DNA from: Octopus vulgaris
Taxonomy: Eukaryota
DNA length: 64,000 nt
Assembly (NCBI GenBank): GCA_951406725.2
Contig: OX597821.1
Span: 59,768,001 to 59,832,000 of the forward strand
Direction: 5' to 3'
In this document: positions 39,390 to 54,300 of the stretch, piece by piece
How the letters are laid out: each line of letters begins with the position of its first letter
How positions within the stretch are numbered: position 1 is the stretch's first letter
Made by a program: the position numbers and the translations under genes
The notes under the pieces: generated by a model
The model's input: only the letters and a program-made list of their open reading frames with translations
Told to the model about the DNA's origin: nothing
Databases searched by the model: none

Positions 39390-42300
39390 TTGTAGAAACC
39401 ATGTCAAAGCAGACAGCAGTGATTGATGCAGTTTTCTGATCTGCCAGTTCCAGTCAAACCACATGCCAGCAAGGGAAACTGACATTAAGTGACGAGATGA
39501 TGACATATACACATACAATGAGCTTCCTTCAGAATTCATCTACCAAATACATTCACAAGGCTCTGGTTTATCTGGGGTTATTGTAGGAGACACCTGCCCC
39601 AGTTGCCATGCAGTTAAAAAGCAAAATTCTTACCACACAGCCACACCTGTGCTTATAGCCATACCTGTGCCTATATTGATTTTAATATTGATTTCAAATT
39701 TTGGCACAAGGCCAGAAATCTTAGGGGAAGAGGTAAGTTGATTACATCAACCCTAGTATTTAACTGGTACCTATTTTATGTGGCACCAGCACCAATGCTA
39801 TTACGTGACACTGGCATGGGTGCCTTTTGCATGGCACCAGCAGAGGAGCTTCACATCTAGGATCCTAAAATCATGAAAGGTAAACTCAACCTCAGCAGAA
39901 TTTAAACTCAGAACAAAAGAGACAGACGAAATGCTAAGCAATTTACCCACCATGCTAACAAGTCTACAGGCTTGCTGCTTTATAAATTTTTAATATTAAA
40001 ACATGTAAACTAGCTCTGTAATATTTGAGTTCTTCTAATCTTTAGTGAGGCAATATTACCTATCAAATCAACACCTCCCGCACTTAAACCCAACATCAGA
40101 CAAACTGAATACAACAAAATAAGGAATTTTTTTTTTTACATACAGTTTGAGGAGTAACTGACTTCAGATATCCATGTTTTCCGGTTATTGTTGGTAAGCA
40201 GTATGTCTGAAGAGGAAAAAAAAATGAAGGGGTTGGAAAATTTAGTCTAACAACAAAGACTTTCTCTGAACAAAATTCAACAAGAAGTGTATACAACTTA
40301 ATCATTTACCTTTGATGCATCGCCAATTAAAGATGGATTATGTGATATTCTCTGAACAGCTGCCTTGATCTGCGCCTCTGTCTCTGAGTGAGAACGTTTT
40401 AAAATTGGGGATACCTATAAGCAAAAATCAGAAGATTACTTTCACTTGGTCACAGAAATGCCACTCATGTATTACCATCATGTTCTATCCCATGAATTTT
40501 CTGTTTTATTTCTACAATAATTATTCAGTTTCAGGTATTTTAAATACTAGATTAGTTGGCTCCATTATCAAACTAGGAACAGACATAGCTGTGTGGTTAT
40601 GAAGCTTGCCTTGCAACCAGTGTCTTGTGAGTGGATTTGGAAGAAGGAAACTATGTGGAAGCCCATTGTGTGTGTGTGTGCATAAATATACACACATACA
40701 TATATACAAGAGGGTGCTGGTAAGTTCTTGACTTTTGGTAAAAGAAAACACAGAAGAATCAGTTAATTATGATTGTATTCAACACATCTCCCTCTCAGAT
40801 TCACACACTTATTGCAGCAGTTCTTCAGTTTTCCTAAGCCCTGTAAAAGAACTCAGACCCAATCAGGCCTTCCACAATATATTTAAAACCAGGAACTTTT
40901 CAGCACCTCCTCGTGTGTGTATGTGTATACCATGTATACTTGTGTAAAAGTCAAACATTTTCGACCATTCTTTAAGGTCAAATATTACACGGATACCACT
41001 TTTGAGAGGCTGAAATTCAAGCTAGAATCTGAAGAATCTATTTCATTATTACTCACAAGGGGCTAAACACAGAGGGGACAAGCAAGGACAGAGACACGGA
41101 TTAAGTCAATTACATCGACCCCAGTGCGTAACTGGTACTTAATTTATCAACCCCGAAAGGATGAAAGGCAAAGTCGACCTCGGCGGAATTTGAACTCAGA
41201 ACGTAACGGCAGACAAAATACCACAAAGCATTTCGCCCAGCGTGCTAATGTTTTTGCCAGCTCGCCGCCTTTCTGAATCTGAAGTACCGTATCAATAGCA
41301 GAAATCCAACTGATCTCTAAGCGAATAAAAACAAAAACACAATGAATTACAGTAATATTACCAACTAGCTGACCCTGTGACATCAAAAGTGACGGCTGAT
41401 TGTAGTATTTTATATATAAAAATGGTACAGAAAGGTGAAAAAAACGAAACAGTGCTTCAACTGTGTTCATATGTATACATTTATATGTTTGAGTAGCACA
41501 GTCTGTGGCAAACTCAGCTTTCTATACTTTGTCACATTGTTTGTTCGTTTGCTTGCAATTATCAGTAAATATCCATAATGTGGTGTAGAGTTGTTAATCT
41601 GGAGCAAGGATTCCCAAAATGTGTTCTAGTTCCTTGAAAGTTATCAAGGTTTCCAATTTTTTAAAAATAATGTCAAAGGATTCTGTGGCAAAAAAAGTTT
41701 GGAAAACATTGATCTAGCAATCAACTAAATGTCTTTATTTCTTTATTGTCCACAAGGGGCTAAACATAGAGGGGACAAACAAAGGAATTAAGTCGATTAG
41801 ATCAACCTCAGTGCATAACTGGTACTTAATTTATCGACCCCCGAGCCTTCTTAATGAAATATTTGTAATAGCTATAGAATTGCCCTTCCAGTATGTAAAC
41901 TTCATTGTTGCATTTTTAATTCATGACCAATGCAGAAATTATATTGTGTGGTGAAATAAAATTCCACCAATTGTTCAGGAGTGTTGGGCATTCATTATAT
42001 ACAACTAGAACACAACCACTTGTATCTCACATCTTTCATTTTTCGACCATCACAACTTAAGTACCCCTTATGGCAATTATATCACACCAGCTAATTTCAT
42101 CAAAATTCATGCAATAGTTACATTTTCATACAGATATAATTGCATTTCTTTAAAATTTTTAGTTTCTAAAATGACTAGGAATGTATGTTGAGAAAACACT
42201 ACAAGACTTTTGTAAGAGTTAAAACAATATATATCAAATTCTTACAAGTTATTAAAGAATTTTAAAATTTTACCTTTCCATTTGTTGGTCTCCGCCGTTT

Positions 42301-45300
42301 TTGATAGACAGGTGTATTTTCATCTTTTATTCGATCACGCTTGTTTATGGAACGCCTTCTGATGTCGAAGGATTGTGTGCGGAATATGGATTTTGCAACA
42401 CGCATAGTCTAATAAATGAGAAGAAACAGTAACAGATTAATGTATGGAAACTTACAGATGAGAAGTAATTCAACATCCAATGATCCAGTGAATAGAACTT
42501 ACAGTGCACCTGTATGAAGGTCGAAATGACAGCACAACACAAAATTAGAAAAATTTCAGTTAAATTACAAGTGAAATTCTATTCTTTTGGCTGTGTAGTT
42601 AAGAAGCTCACTTTGCAACCACAGCATTTTGAGTTCAGTCCCAATGTACATCACCATGGGTAAGTATCTTCTAGTCCCAGGTCAACCAATGCCTTGCTGG
42701 TGAATTTGGTAGATGGAAACTGGAAGCTCATTACAAGTGTGTGTGTGTGTCTCCTCTACCCATTTGATAACCGGTATTGGTTTGCTTACGTCCCCATAAC
42801 AATTTGGTAAAAGACACTAATAGAATAAGTACCAGACTTAAAAACAAAAAAAAAACGAAGTACAGGAGTGGATTTATTCAGTCAAAACCCTTTAAGGCAG
42901 TGCCTTAGCAGATCTGCAGTTTAAAGACTGAAAGAAGTAAAAGTTCTACGACAAGGAAATTGGAGATTGAACAGTTGCAAAATCAAATGCAATAATTTTT
43001 AAATGCTCAACATTTAGTTTGTAAGCCTGTGCTTTCATCAAGTCTTTCTCGACAAAATAAATTGTAACTAAACTACCACAAACTCATAGTAAAAGGACGA
43101 ATCCTTTTCAGCAGTGATTTCAACTAAGGCAAGTAACAAACTGATATTTACAATAACTTGTAAAAGAAAAATTTTCACTGACTGAATATTCATTACCTGG
43201 CCCATATTTTCCAGCAAAAAAGTTGAATTTTACAATCAAAGAAGGTATATTGACTTTTATTCTAAGATAAGTTTGGGGGACCAAAATTTCCATATGAAAT
43301 GCAGCAGGATTGGGAAAGATAATGACAAGCTTTGAATGTTTACATGGTATTCATGTAGAGATCTAGCTTGACCCTGCCTAAGATTTGAAACCAAATCCAC
43401 CTGCTTATTGCTTCTCAAAATGAGCGAGAAATCCTCTCCACACCAGATGATTGATGAAGAAACACTCAACGCCCTAGGGCCTGTGCTGTCAAGGAAAGGT
43501 CAGTCCTTTAATTAATGTTTGACCTACATAACTGACCATAGTCTATATAACAGAATTTCTTATCTCTTCTTATGTGTCAGCTATGACCAAGGAGCAACAC
43601 GCTCTTTTGCATCAGCCATGACCAAGAGCAGCACTTTCCTCGGCCACAAGAATGACAATGCCACCTCTATCCTTTCTAGTCAGCACCATGCATTCCTTAC
43701 TCTTTCACTCTCTATTGACAGACAACCTTTTTCTACACTATCAACTACTAACCAGCGAGCCATCCTTGTTACTATCACTAGAATTGCTACAGCCTCTTTA
43801 CCTGTCGGGCAAACAAATAAACATAGGTAAATAATATTTCCTCCTTCTTGGTGTTGATTCTTTGATGTTTACTAGTACACTGACATGAGAACCTTGAAGC
43901 ATTACATCTATATGCTACATTCAGTCGTGGGCTACATCATATCATCCTGATAAGGGACATCACATCCAGCCCGCTACGTGCATTCAACTTGAATGCCAGA
44001 AAATATGGTGTTTTTTCAAATGGGAGGAGCCTTAATTTAGAGATTACCAATATATTTTTTATCCAAATTTCATGGATCTGACCCTTTAGCATTTAAACCA
44101 ACCGTGTTGAGCCCAAATAGTCTACCTATGCTACCAGATCTGACTTCTCACATTTACCTTACAAAGTCATTCTAAAAACAAACAATGACGTCTTTGAAAT
44201 CTCAAAGCTATGAGATAATGCATGATTAATTCAAAGCAAGATGGATAAATAAGTATTATGTTTGACAGAATAATCTAAATGTTAAAGGGCAGAAAGCAAA
44301 CTGTGCATGTTTTCTTTCAATAGTGCAGACAATATGAAGCAATGAAGAACAATTTCCAATGCCAACTTTTAAACTATAATAAAATATATCATTTGTAATG
44401 TTTTATCTAAACCTGTAGAGCCTCGGTAGTCAAGTCTAACCATGCATCTGTATACATATGTACAGGCCTGGGAAAGCTTTTTTTGAGGAAGATCAGTGTT
44501 TGTCAATGCATGCAAGCCTCTCCTCTCCATGTCACTGATGTTCATCCAAAGTAAAAGCTGCAGACTCGAACTGATGTAGCCTGGTTCCAGTGTAGTCACA
44601 GGCCTTGCTGTCAGAAGGCTTCTCACCTGACACTCCAACAGGTATTAATTCATTGCTCTGGATTTATCTTTCATCTTGTACTTGATTCAGTCGCTGAACC
44701 GTGACCATGCTACAGCACCACAAGTGATCTACTCTATTGATCTCTTTTGCAGAACCCCTAAATCATGGGTACATGTAGAAATCCACACTGATTGTCTAGC
44801 AGTGAGGGACAAAGACACAGAGTGACACTTATTGAGTCTGAAAAGATGAAATGCAAAGTTGACCTTGGTGGGATTGGAACTCACAACAAAGAGATTCAGA
44901 ACAAATATCGTGGTGTTCTGTCACTTCCTCATTTAAAATTCGTTTTCCATGTTGGCATGGGTTGGACAGTTTGACAGAAACCAACAGGTCAAAGAAATAT
45001 GTCGAGCTCCAATGTCTGATTTGGCATGGTTTCTATGGCTGGATGTCCTTCCTAACACTAACCACTTTACAGAATGGTGGGGGGGCTTTTTATATGGCAC
45101 CAGCAACAGTGAGGTCACCAATTAATTCACAAAGCAAAAGCTTTTCAACTGAGAGGTATGTTGTATTGAGGGAGCTGGCTTTATGCGAGGTGATGTGCAG
45201 TTAAAGTACATTAAAGGGACAGAAATGGGCATCTTGCAGTAAAGGAGATGCCTAAAACTCATACAAAAAGAACTGTCTTAGAATAAATGCTTTTTAGTAT

Positions 45301-48300
45301 TTAAACACGCTGCACTCAGCCAAAATATTCCAACTATTATGTTCAACCCAGCCAAATCCAGCATCTCGCACCTTCTGTACAAATGTCATACTAAAAATAA
45401 GCAATAAGGTGTAGGAGTGGCTGTGTGGTAAGTAGCTTGCTTACAAACCACATGGTTCTGGGTTCAGTCCCACTGCGTGGCACCTTGGGCAAGTGTCTTC
45501 TACTATAACCTTGGCTCAACCAAAGCCTTGAGTGGATTTGGTAGACGGAAACTGACAGAAGGCCGTCATGTGTGTGTGTGTATATGTTTGTTTGTGTGTC
45601 TGTGTGTGTATATATGTTTGTTTGTGTATCTGTGTTTGTCCCCCCAACATTACTTGACAACCGATGGTGGTATGTTTAAGTCTCCACAACTTAGCGGTTC
45701 GGCAAAAGAGACCGATAGAATAAGTACTAGGTATCCAAAGTATAAGTCCTGGGGGTCGATGTGCTCTACTAAAGGTGGTGCTCCAGTATGGCCACAGTCA
45801 AATGACTGAAACAAGTAAAAGAGTAAAGAGTAATCACATCACTGAAATCTCAAAGCTATCTGATAATTCACGATTAGTATGAAGCATTGTATTTGACAGA
45901 GTCATCTGAATGCTAAAGGATTAATTTTTAAAACACTTAAATATAAGCCAAGATGTATCAAAACAAAACGAAATAAAACCAGTTTTACTTACAGTTGGTG
46001 TGTCTAAGGAACTTCCATATGTGTAGCTGTTTGTGTTTTCAGTATTCTCCAGAGCTTGTGAAGATAATGGTGCTTCAATGAGGCTTTTGATGCTGTCTGA
46101 TACCGTCTATAAAGCAAAACAATTACGGTACAAGAGTTTGCAGAAGACAGAAGAAAATATAAATGAATTAAATACCACCACAGAGCTAACCATAATTTAA
46201 ACATGGATATAAGCATTACCTCTGCTGCTGTGTCCATTGTTTCCAAATGATCAGAGAAACCATCATCTCTTTCATTCTCTGGTTTTTTGGGGCTGTTATC
46301 TCGTTGCAAAAATTCAATATCCTGCAGGTAACAAATGGCACTTCACTATTAAACAGGTTGTGGAAAATTATCAACAATGACATAAAAAAAAAAAACCGAA
46401 AAAACAAAACGACCTAGAAGCAAAATTTCTAAAGCAAAAAAAAATGAAAGCCTAATAATTACAACAGGCAGAATGTTTAAGCCTCGCATACCTCTTTCTT
46501 TATTAAAGGAGCGGAGAGAGAGCGATGAAATTTTCGATTGATTTGGAAGTCCAAACTGTCCTCAAACATTTTCACTTTACGTGGTGGCATTCCCAAGGGT
46601 GGCACAAACTGAAACTGGTCCTCCTATCAATGGAAGGAAGGAGAGGGAGGTCAGACTAGTGCACACACACAGCCTTACAGTTAGTAGTGACGAGTATGTC
46701 AAGCTTGGAGTGTATTCCAACTGAACAACCAAGCTAACATTAAGCCCTCATAAACACTTGTTTATTTATTTTTTTTTTTAAATAAAAACATTTGCAATAT
46801 GCTTCAAATATAATTACCTATGTAAACCAAATATTCTATAGGAATTTCAACAGAATTCCATCCAGCTAAGTGAATAAATTAAAAATTTCAAATATAGAGT
46901 TAGTTCATCCTCAGCAACACTGAGAATATAGAAATTTCCAAACTTTGACAATTGATAAATTATAGCTAATTAAAATGTTCAAACCATATTTACATTTCAG
47001 GTTAACTTATGTCCTAAAATTAAAAAAATAAAAATTATATAAATATCAATGAAATTCTTACATTATGTCTGCATATATACAGGGTGGGTGAAAAGTAAGT
47101 AGGCATTAAAAATTGGTAATAAAATCCATATTCTTTTCACAAATTTATTGAAACAAATGATCTCTATTACATGAGAAAACGAAAGTAAATCTTCCTATTT
47201 TAACATACGCACTGGTGGCATCAACCAGTTTCCTCAAACGGCAATGAATGGAATTTACAAACCTTCTGAAGGACATTGTCAGGGATATCATCAAGAACCT
47301 CCTGAATCCATGTCTCCAAGTCCTCCAGCATGTGAGGTTTTGTCTTGTACACCACCTCTTTTGTGCTATCCCACAGGTAAAAAAATTCACATGGAGCAAA
47401 ATCTGGACTTCTTGGAGTTCTGGACTCAGTCTTCGGGTTTTGGTTCCTGCACATACTGGGGTTTCCATGGATGAAAATTCAATTCTTTACTCAACACCGT
47501 ATGTATTGTCTTGTTAGTCCACTCTCATGAGCTACTTGACGAGATGAATTTTGTGGACTGCGATTAAACATTTTCTACACTGTTGCCATGTTCTCCACTG
47601 ATCAGGATCACTTCTTGCATCGTTCACAGAACCTGTGGTCATCAGCTTTGTATGACAACTGTCTCTGGACATAGTGTTTCATGCTTACCTTTCCATGGAT
47701 GCCACCATCTCTGAACAAAACAGAATTCCACACTTCAAAGTGACTGGCCATCAGGAAAATAAGAAATCCCCATTAGTGTTGTCTGTTTAAAAAATTGTTT
47801 TCGTCATGACCTCAGTGATACTAAACATTCTATAAGCAATTTCTAATGCCTAGTTACTTTCCAACCACCCTGTAGACATCATATCAAACAAGAGAAAATA
47901 AATAAAAGAAACATTCAAAAACATAATTCCATGAGTTTTAATTACTCACCCTTTCTTTTTCATAACCCAAGCCACTGTCTCTTGAATTGCTATCATCTTG
48001 TTCAGTCTCCAAAGAACTACCCACGTATTCAAGGTTTTTCACATCAAATAGTGGAGGTGTTTCACTATTTGTAAGAGAACTCTGTTTTAACTAAAGAAAT
48101 AAAAATATAACAGTTAATTTTTGACAACAAAATTAGCCCATTTACAAAATACATATAAATGTGACTGGAAAGAACATGTGGTAAATATGTCTTTCAGTAA
48201 AGTTGGGTTCTCAAGGCCTAGACCAATGATTCTCAACCATTTTTGCCTATGGATCCCACTGATTCCCATTTTACTCTGCTGGACCTCCATGTGACAAAAA

Positions 48301-51300
48301 AAATCCCATTATACTGGCACTCGTGTCCATGGCACGTAAAAGCACCCACTACACTCTCAGAGTAGTTGGCATTAGGAAGGGCATCCAGCTGTAGAAACTC
48401 TGCCAGGTCAGATTAGAGCCTGGTGCAGCCATCTGGTTCACCAAACCTCAGTCAAATCTTCCAACCCATGCTAGCATGGAAAGCACACGTTAAACGATGA
48501 TGATAATGATTGGCTATATGCTGTACTTGAGAAGATCTGTCAAGCCAAGTGAAATTGTAGTCATGGCTGATGATGGTGTCACATAACCAGCACTGTGCTG
48601 GTTGCATGTAAGGAGCACCTTTTGAGCATCACGAAGGCAATGACCAAGACCTTTGGCATGATATTGTGCTTAAGAAGACCCATCAAGCCAAGCAAAATCG
48701 CAGTCATGGCAGGTGCTGGTGTCACACAAATGACATGTAAAAGTACACATTACACTCTCAGAGTGATTGGCGTTAGGAAAGACAAATCAGACTAGAGTCA
48801 GGTGTAGCTTTCCAGTTTACCAGCCCTGGTCAAACTGTCCAATCCATGCTAACATGGACAACGGACATTAAATGATGATTTTTATTATCAAATCTTAGGA
48901 ATTGCATATAAAAAATTGAATGCTTTGTGTATTATAGAAGTATAACCAATTTATTGCTCCTACACCAATCTTATATGGACCCTCAAGGGTCATGTGGATC
49001 CCAGTTGAGAACCACTGGCCTTCAAAGTCTCAGATTATTTATAATTACAGCACCCACTACACTCTCAGAGTGGTTGGCATTAGGAAGGGCATCCAGCTGT
49101 AGAAAAGACTGCCAGATCAGATTGGAGCCTACTGCACCCTCCAGGCTACCCAGACCCCCCAGTCAAACCGTCCAACCCATGCCAGCATGGAAAACGGACG
49201 TTAAATGATGATGATGATTGGAACCTCACTTTACACATTTAATACATTGCTGAAACTATTTTTTCCCCCTTAAGAAATTCAAAACAAAGCACAGTGAATT
49301 CCAGCAGGGATGTGCACTGAGCGAAAGTTAAACAACAACTGCTCTCCTGCTGATAATCTCAGTTTATTACCAACCATTGTTGCTGACATTGGAGAGTGGT
49401 TAGTGACAGGAAAGGCATCCAGCTATAGAAACCATGCCAAAGCTGACACTGGAGCTCGATGCAGCTCAGCTGCTTGCTGGATCCCATCAAACTGTCCAAT
49501 CCATGTCAGCATGGAAACATTAAATGGCCAAAAACTGATCAAATTTTCAAGGGTTTCTTTCAGCATAAGTTTCGCAACGAATTTACTTTCAATGCTCAGA
49601 CATGAGTGCTTTTAGCAACATCAGAAGACAAAGAAAATTAGACATAAAAAGTTACACACATATCAACATGGGGAAGAGCTTTTAGTTCTATGTTTAATTT
49701 ATAACAATGAACAACTAAATCTCCAAATCATTCTCAGCCAACATTTTTACATCTGCCTTTTTATGTTGGAATGGGTTACATGATTACTGAGGCAATATTC
49801 TGTAGCCAGATGCTCTGCCTATTATCAACAATTACTTTCCTAGTAAGGTTTTCTTCTAATCTATTAGTCTTCATACATGACAAAAACTAAAAGCAATCAT
49901 TATCATCATTTGACATCCATTATTCTATGCTTGCATGAGTCTGAGAGAATCTGTTGAGGTAGCTTTTTCTATGACCAGATACCCTTCCTGTTACCAGCCA
50001 CCACGTTTCCCTGGAAAGTAATATTCCCAGTCACCATGTTTACTGCAGAAGATTGGAAATAACATAGCTTGAATGATGATGAGACATTTACTACCATCAC
50101 ATGATATCAGGACAAGGATACATAAAGACACAGACACATATACATATACTATGGGCTTCTTTCAGTTTCTATCAACCAAATCCACTCACAAAGCTTTGAT
50201 CAGTTCAGGGTTATAGTAAAAGACATGTTCCTAAGCTGATGGGCAATGGGACTGAACCAGAGATCACGTGATTGGGAAGTAAACATCTTAACCATACACC
50301 TATGGGACGTTTACAAGACAATATGGTTACTACTTTCGCTTACACAGTGACAGAACTAGCGAGACACACACAATAAATCTCCATACAGTTTGTTGCCTCC
50401 TTAATTTCACATTCAATGTATTGGTCAGTGTGAGGCTAATGTAGAAGCCACTTGTCTGTGTAGCGGAATGTAATCCAAAGCCACATGACTGGAGTGAACT
50501 TTGACTGCACTGCACAACCTTCTCTGGGCCACTTTAAAGTGTGTGTGTTGGGGGGGGGGGCAGATCCACTAAATCCGGGCTGACTATGACTACAGAGCTC
50601 AGATATTAAAAACAATGAATTGAAAACAGTGTTCCAAAAGCACTAAGAACCTATGGAACAACATTTCAAACTATTTATAAAGATACAATAGATACACTGA
50701 AAAATGCAAAAGAAAAAAATTTTATTTTTAACAAAGCACAGGAGTGGCTATGTGGTAAGAAGTTTGCTTCCCAATTACATAGTTCCAGGTTCAGACCCAC
50801 TGCATGGCACCTTGGGCAAATGTCTTCTATAGATTTGGGCCAACCAAAGCCTTGTGAGTGGATTTGGTAGACAGAAACTGAAAGAAACCCGTTGAGTATG
50901 TGTGTGTGTGTGTGCATATATATATATTATTTGTGTGTGCCCTCACCATCACTGACAACTGATGTTGGTGTGTTTATGTCCCTGTTACTTAGCGGTTCGG
51001 CAAAAGAAACCAATAAGTACTAGGCTTACAAAGAATAAGTCTTGGGGTTGATTTGTTCAACTAAGGGCTGTGCTCCAGCATGGGCTCAGTCAAATGACTG
51101 AAACAAGTAAAAGAATAACTGTCTACATTATAGCAACTTGTAAAACCTAATGAATCTGGCTACTACTGTAAATGTTTATCAATCATTTTAGTACAACCAT
51201 TGAATACAATTCCTTTCAAAATCTAATTCAATCTAGTCAAATACAAGTTTAATCATTCACTATAAACCAAGACTTACAGGTTTTATTATAGCAATAACAT

Positions 51301-54300
51301 TTTGAACTTGAGTCTTGCTTTTAAGGGATAACAGATTCACACAGACAAATATGTACTGAATAGAAATACAAATTTACATTACTACACTCATGCGTATCTG
51401 CCTCGATAAACTCATCCATACTCATTCTAAATTCATTCAAAAAGAAAACCCTCTCACTGTAAACCTACAACCCACATCATCATTTAACATTACTTTTTCC
51501 ATGCTGGCATGGGTTGGACAGTTTGACAAGAACCAACAAGCCAGAGAGCTGCAGCAAGCTCCAGTGTCTCCTTTGGCATGGTTTCTACTGCTTACAGCTA
51601 GATTCTCTTTAAAATGTCAACCATTTTACAGAGTGTACTGGGTGCTATTTTTCCATGGCATCAGCACTAGTGAAGTCCCTAAGTACCCACACGACAATAC
51701 TCCTCAACTGAGTGGAACATGTACTTATTGAAAGATGTGAAAGTAGGAGAGGGACAGGAACAGGTGTCTTGCTGAAGAGGGGAATATATGGCTTGCCCAT
51801 CTGCAAAGGGAGAGGGGAAATGGTGATGGCATATTCTCAAAGTACAAAGTGAATACTAGAGAGAGAATAGGGACAGAAGAAGCTATAGGGGATGCTGAAA
51901 AGTCCATGCTTTAAGGGTATTGTGAAAGGCCTGTTTGGAGGCTCAACCTTCCGAGTTCTTTTACAGGGCTTAGAAAAACTGAAGAATTGCTGCAATAAGT
52001 GTGTGAATCTGAGGGGGGAAATATGTTCAATAAAATCATAATTAACTAATCCTTCTGTATTTTCTTTATCTAAAGTGAGGAACTTTTCAGCACCCCCTCA
52101 TACATTCCTTCTAACCTGTCAACATTGTACCTTTGATGAACCCACTTCTTAAAGCCTAACCCACAGAGAAAAGTGTCCACTTACATTTTCCTCATCACAA
52201 ATCCTCTATAATTGAAATCAAATAGTCACTACACTAGTCTCATTCATTTACCCCCACTTTTCACAAGTAACACACTCAGTAGCACAGTCTCCCTCATCTC
52301 AAACCAAGACCTTCCAATGCACTGCCACTCACTACTTTTCCTTGAAATGCCAAATATCAGAAGTAAAAACTCTGGACAATTTTGTTTGTTCTCCAATATC
52401 CATGAATTTCATTCCAATCTCAATCCCACTTGTCACTTCTAAGAACTCAAAGATACACACCACACATCTTTTCCCTTTCCAATACACAAATGTCTCAAAC
52501 CCTGGCTCCAGCTCATCTCAGCTGTCCAGGTCACACTTTGTTCTAACTTCATTCCAAAAGGAAAAGTTTGTGCTTACAAAGACCACAATCTCCTTTCTCC
52601 CTTACATATCAGCAATAATGACTCCCAGTTATTCTGGATCAAAATATCTCTCCCTCATACATCTGCACTATCTGTCACTCTCTTAACTCTATGAATCGAC
52701 AATCTCTCTTCAATCATAATTCCTTGCTTTGAACGTACATTTAACTTCCCTCTTCTCCCAAGTCGCTATTCTTGGTGACTTCAACATTCATCACCAGCTA
52801 TTTATTGCTCTCCCTTACTTACCTCATACTGAGGCTGAAGCCAAGTCTTTTGCAATCCTCTAACTCCGGCCTCAACAGGTCTCATCCCTTACACACATCC
52901 CACTCAAATATCCAAACACCCTTGATCTCTTTCTCACCTCCAAATCTAATATATACCAAGCCATAACCGTTTCCACATCTATTAGGTCATCTGACCACTA
53001 CCTCACAGCAACTTCCAAACCACCCAGTCTAATCAAAGCATTATGAATGAATCTGGTAGATGGAAACTGAAAAAAGAAAAAAAAAAACCCATCACACTCT
53101 AATCATAGGCAATACTGTTAGAGGCTTCAAAATTGCTTCAATTGTTGAATCTCACTATTATTGAGCGATCTCTCCAGGTTAAAGACTATCCTTAACATCA
53201 CTAGGGCAAGGTCTCAATGACTAACCCACCTCTTTAGGTCTAGAAATGACTTAATCTTCCAACAATTGATATTTCCTGAAGCTCAGATGAAGGCCATAAT
53301 AGAATATTGCCCTCACAACAGACGGTGCTGTTACTGCTGCAAACACAAACTGCATCCAGAAAAGGGACATCTAACTGACCAACATAAAGTTGTTCACACA
53401 TGCATTCCAACCTCTGGTCCACAGGTATGTTATCTCATCTCAGGCTTTTCAGCTATAATGATCTTAGTTCCTCAGTGCTGACTGGGCTCATGTGCTCTCT
53501 TCTACTCAGGCATTCCTGACCCATTTGTCTCCCCTCCCACTACCCTTGCCCCACACCCAGCCTCTCCTTCACAGAACTGAGCCTCTAGAACTCCCTTGGT
53601 TATATCTTTTTTGAAGACATTCATCATCATCATCGTTTAACGTCCGTTCTCCATGCTAGCGAGAACAATTAATGCCATCAATTTCACCAGAATGTGAAGG
53701 ATCCAAGCAATGCCATTTGTCAAACAAAGTAAAAAGCAAAGAAAAAAAAATTACTGTTTCAGAATTTACTAATTATTACTTACAAAGGAAGGATTCTGTG
53801 GTTTGATTCTGAAATCAAAAATAAAATATGCTGTTATTTAAAGGAGTGAGTACAAGACAAAATTCTGACATAGCTTCAGTATTACTTCTTTAAGAAAAAT
53901 GTTTTTTTAATCCTTAAAGTTATAGTAGCCTAATAGAATCAACAATCAACTATGTCTGGATCCTAGCTGCTGTTACTTTTTATTGCTCCTTCAAAAAAAC
54001 AATATGATTTATACTGAATGAATGTATCACAATTTCATATTTTGAAAAAGATGAAATATAAAAATTGCAAAAATAATGCTTTGAAAAACTGATTACACTA
54101 ATTGGGATCAGAAAAACCTAACTGGAATACTTCATAATGAATATCAGTCATAAAATGGACAACTTTTTGTAAATATTAGCATATCTGGCTGTTTTGAATT
54201 TTAAAAAACTAGCAGCATGGCTGTGTAGTTAAGAAGCTTATTTTGCAACCAAATAGCTGTGGGTTCTGGCCCACTGTGCATTACTTTGGGCAAGTATCCT

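Noticed and set aside
43520-43990. Possible further Penelope remnant with CTGATAAGGG
   Set aside because: The core is mutated, there is no downstream GAAA or stem III, and similarity is only weak
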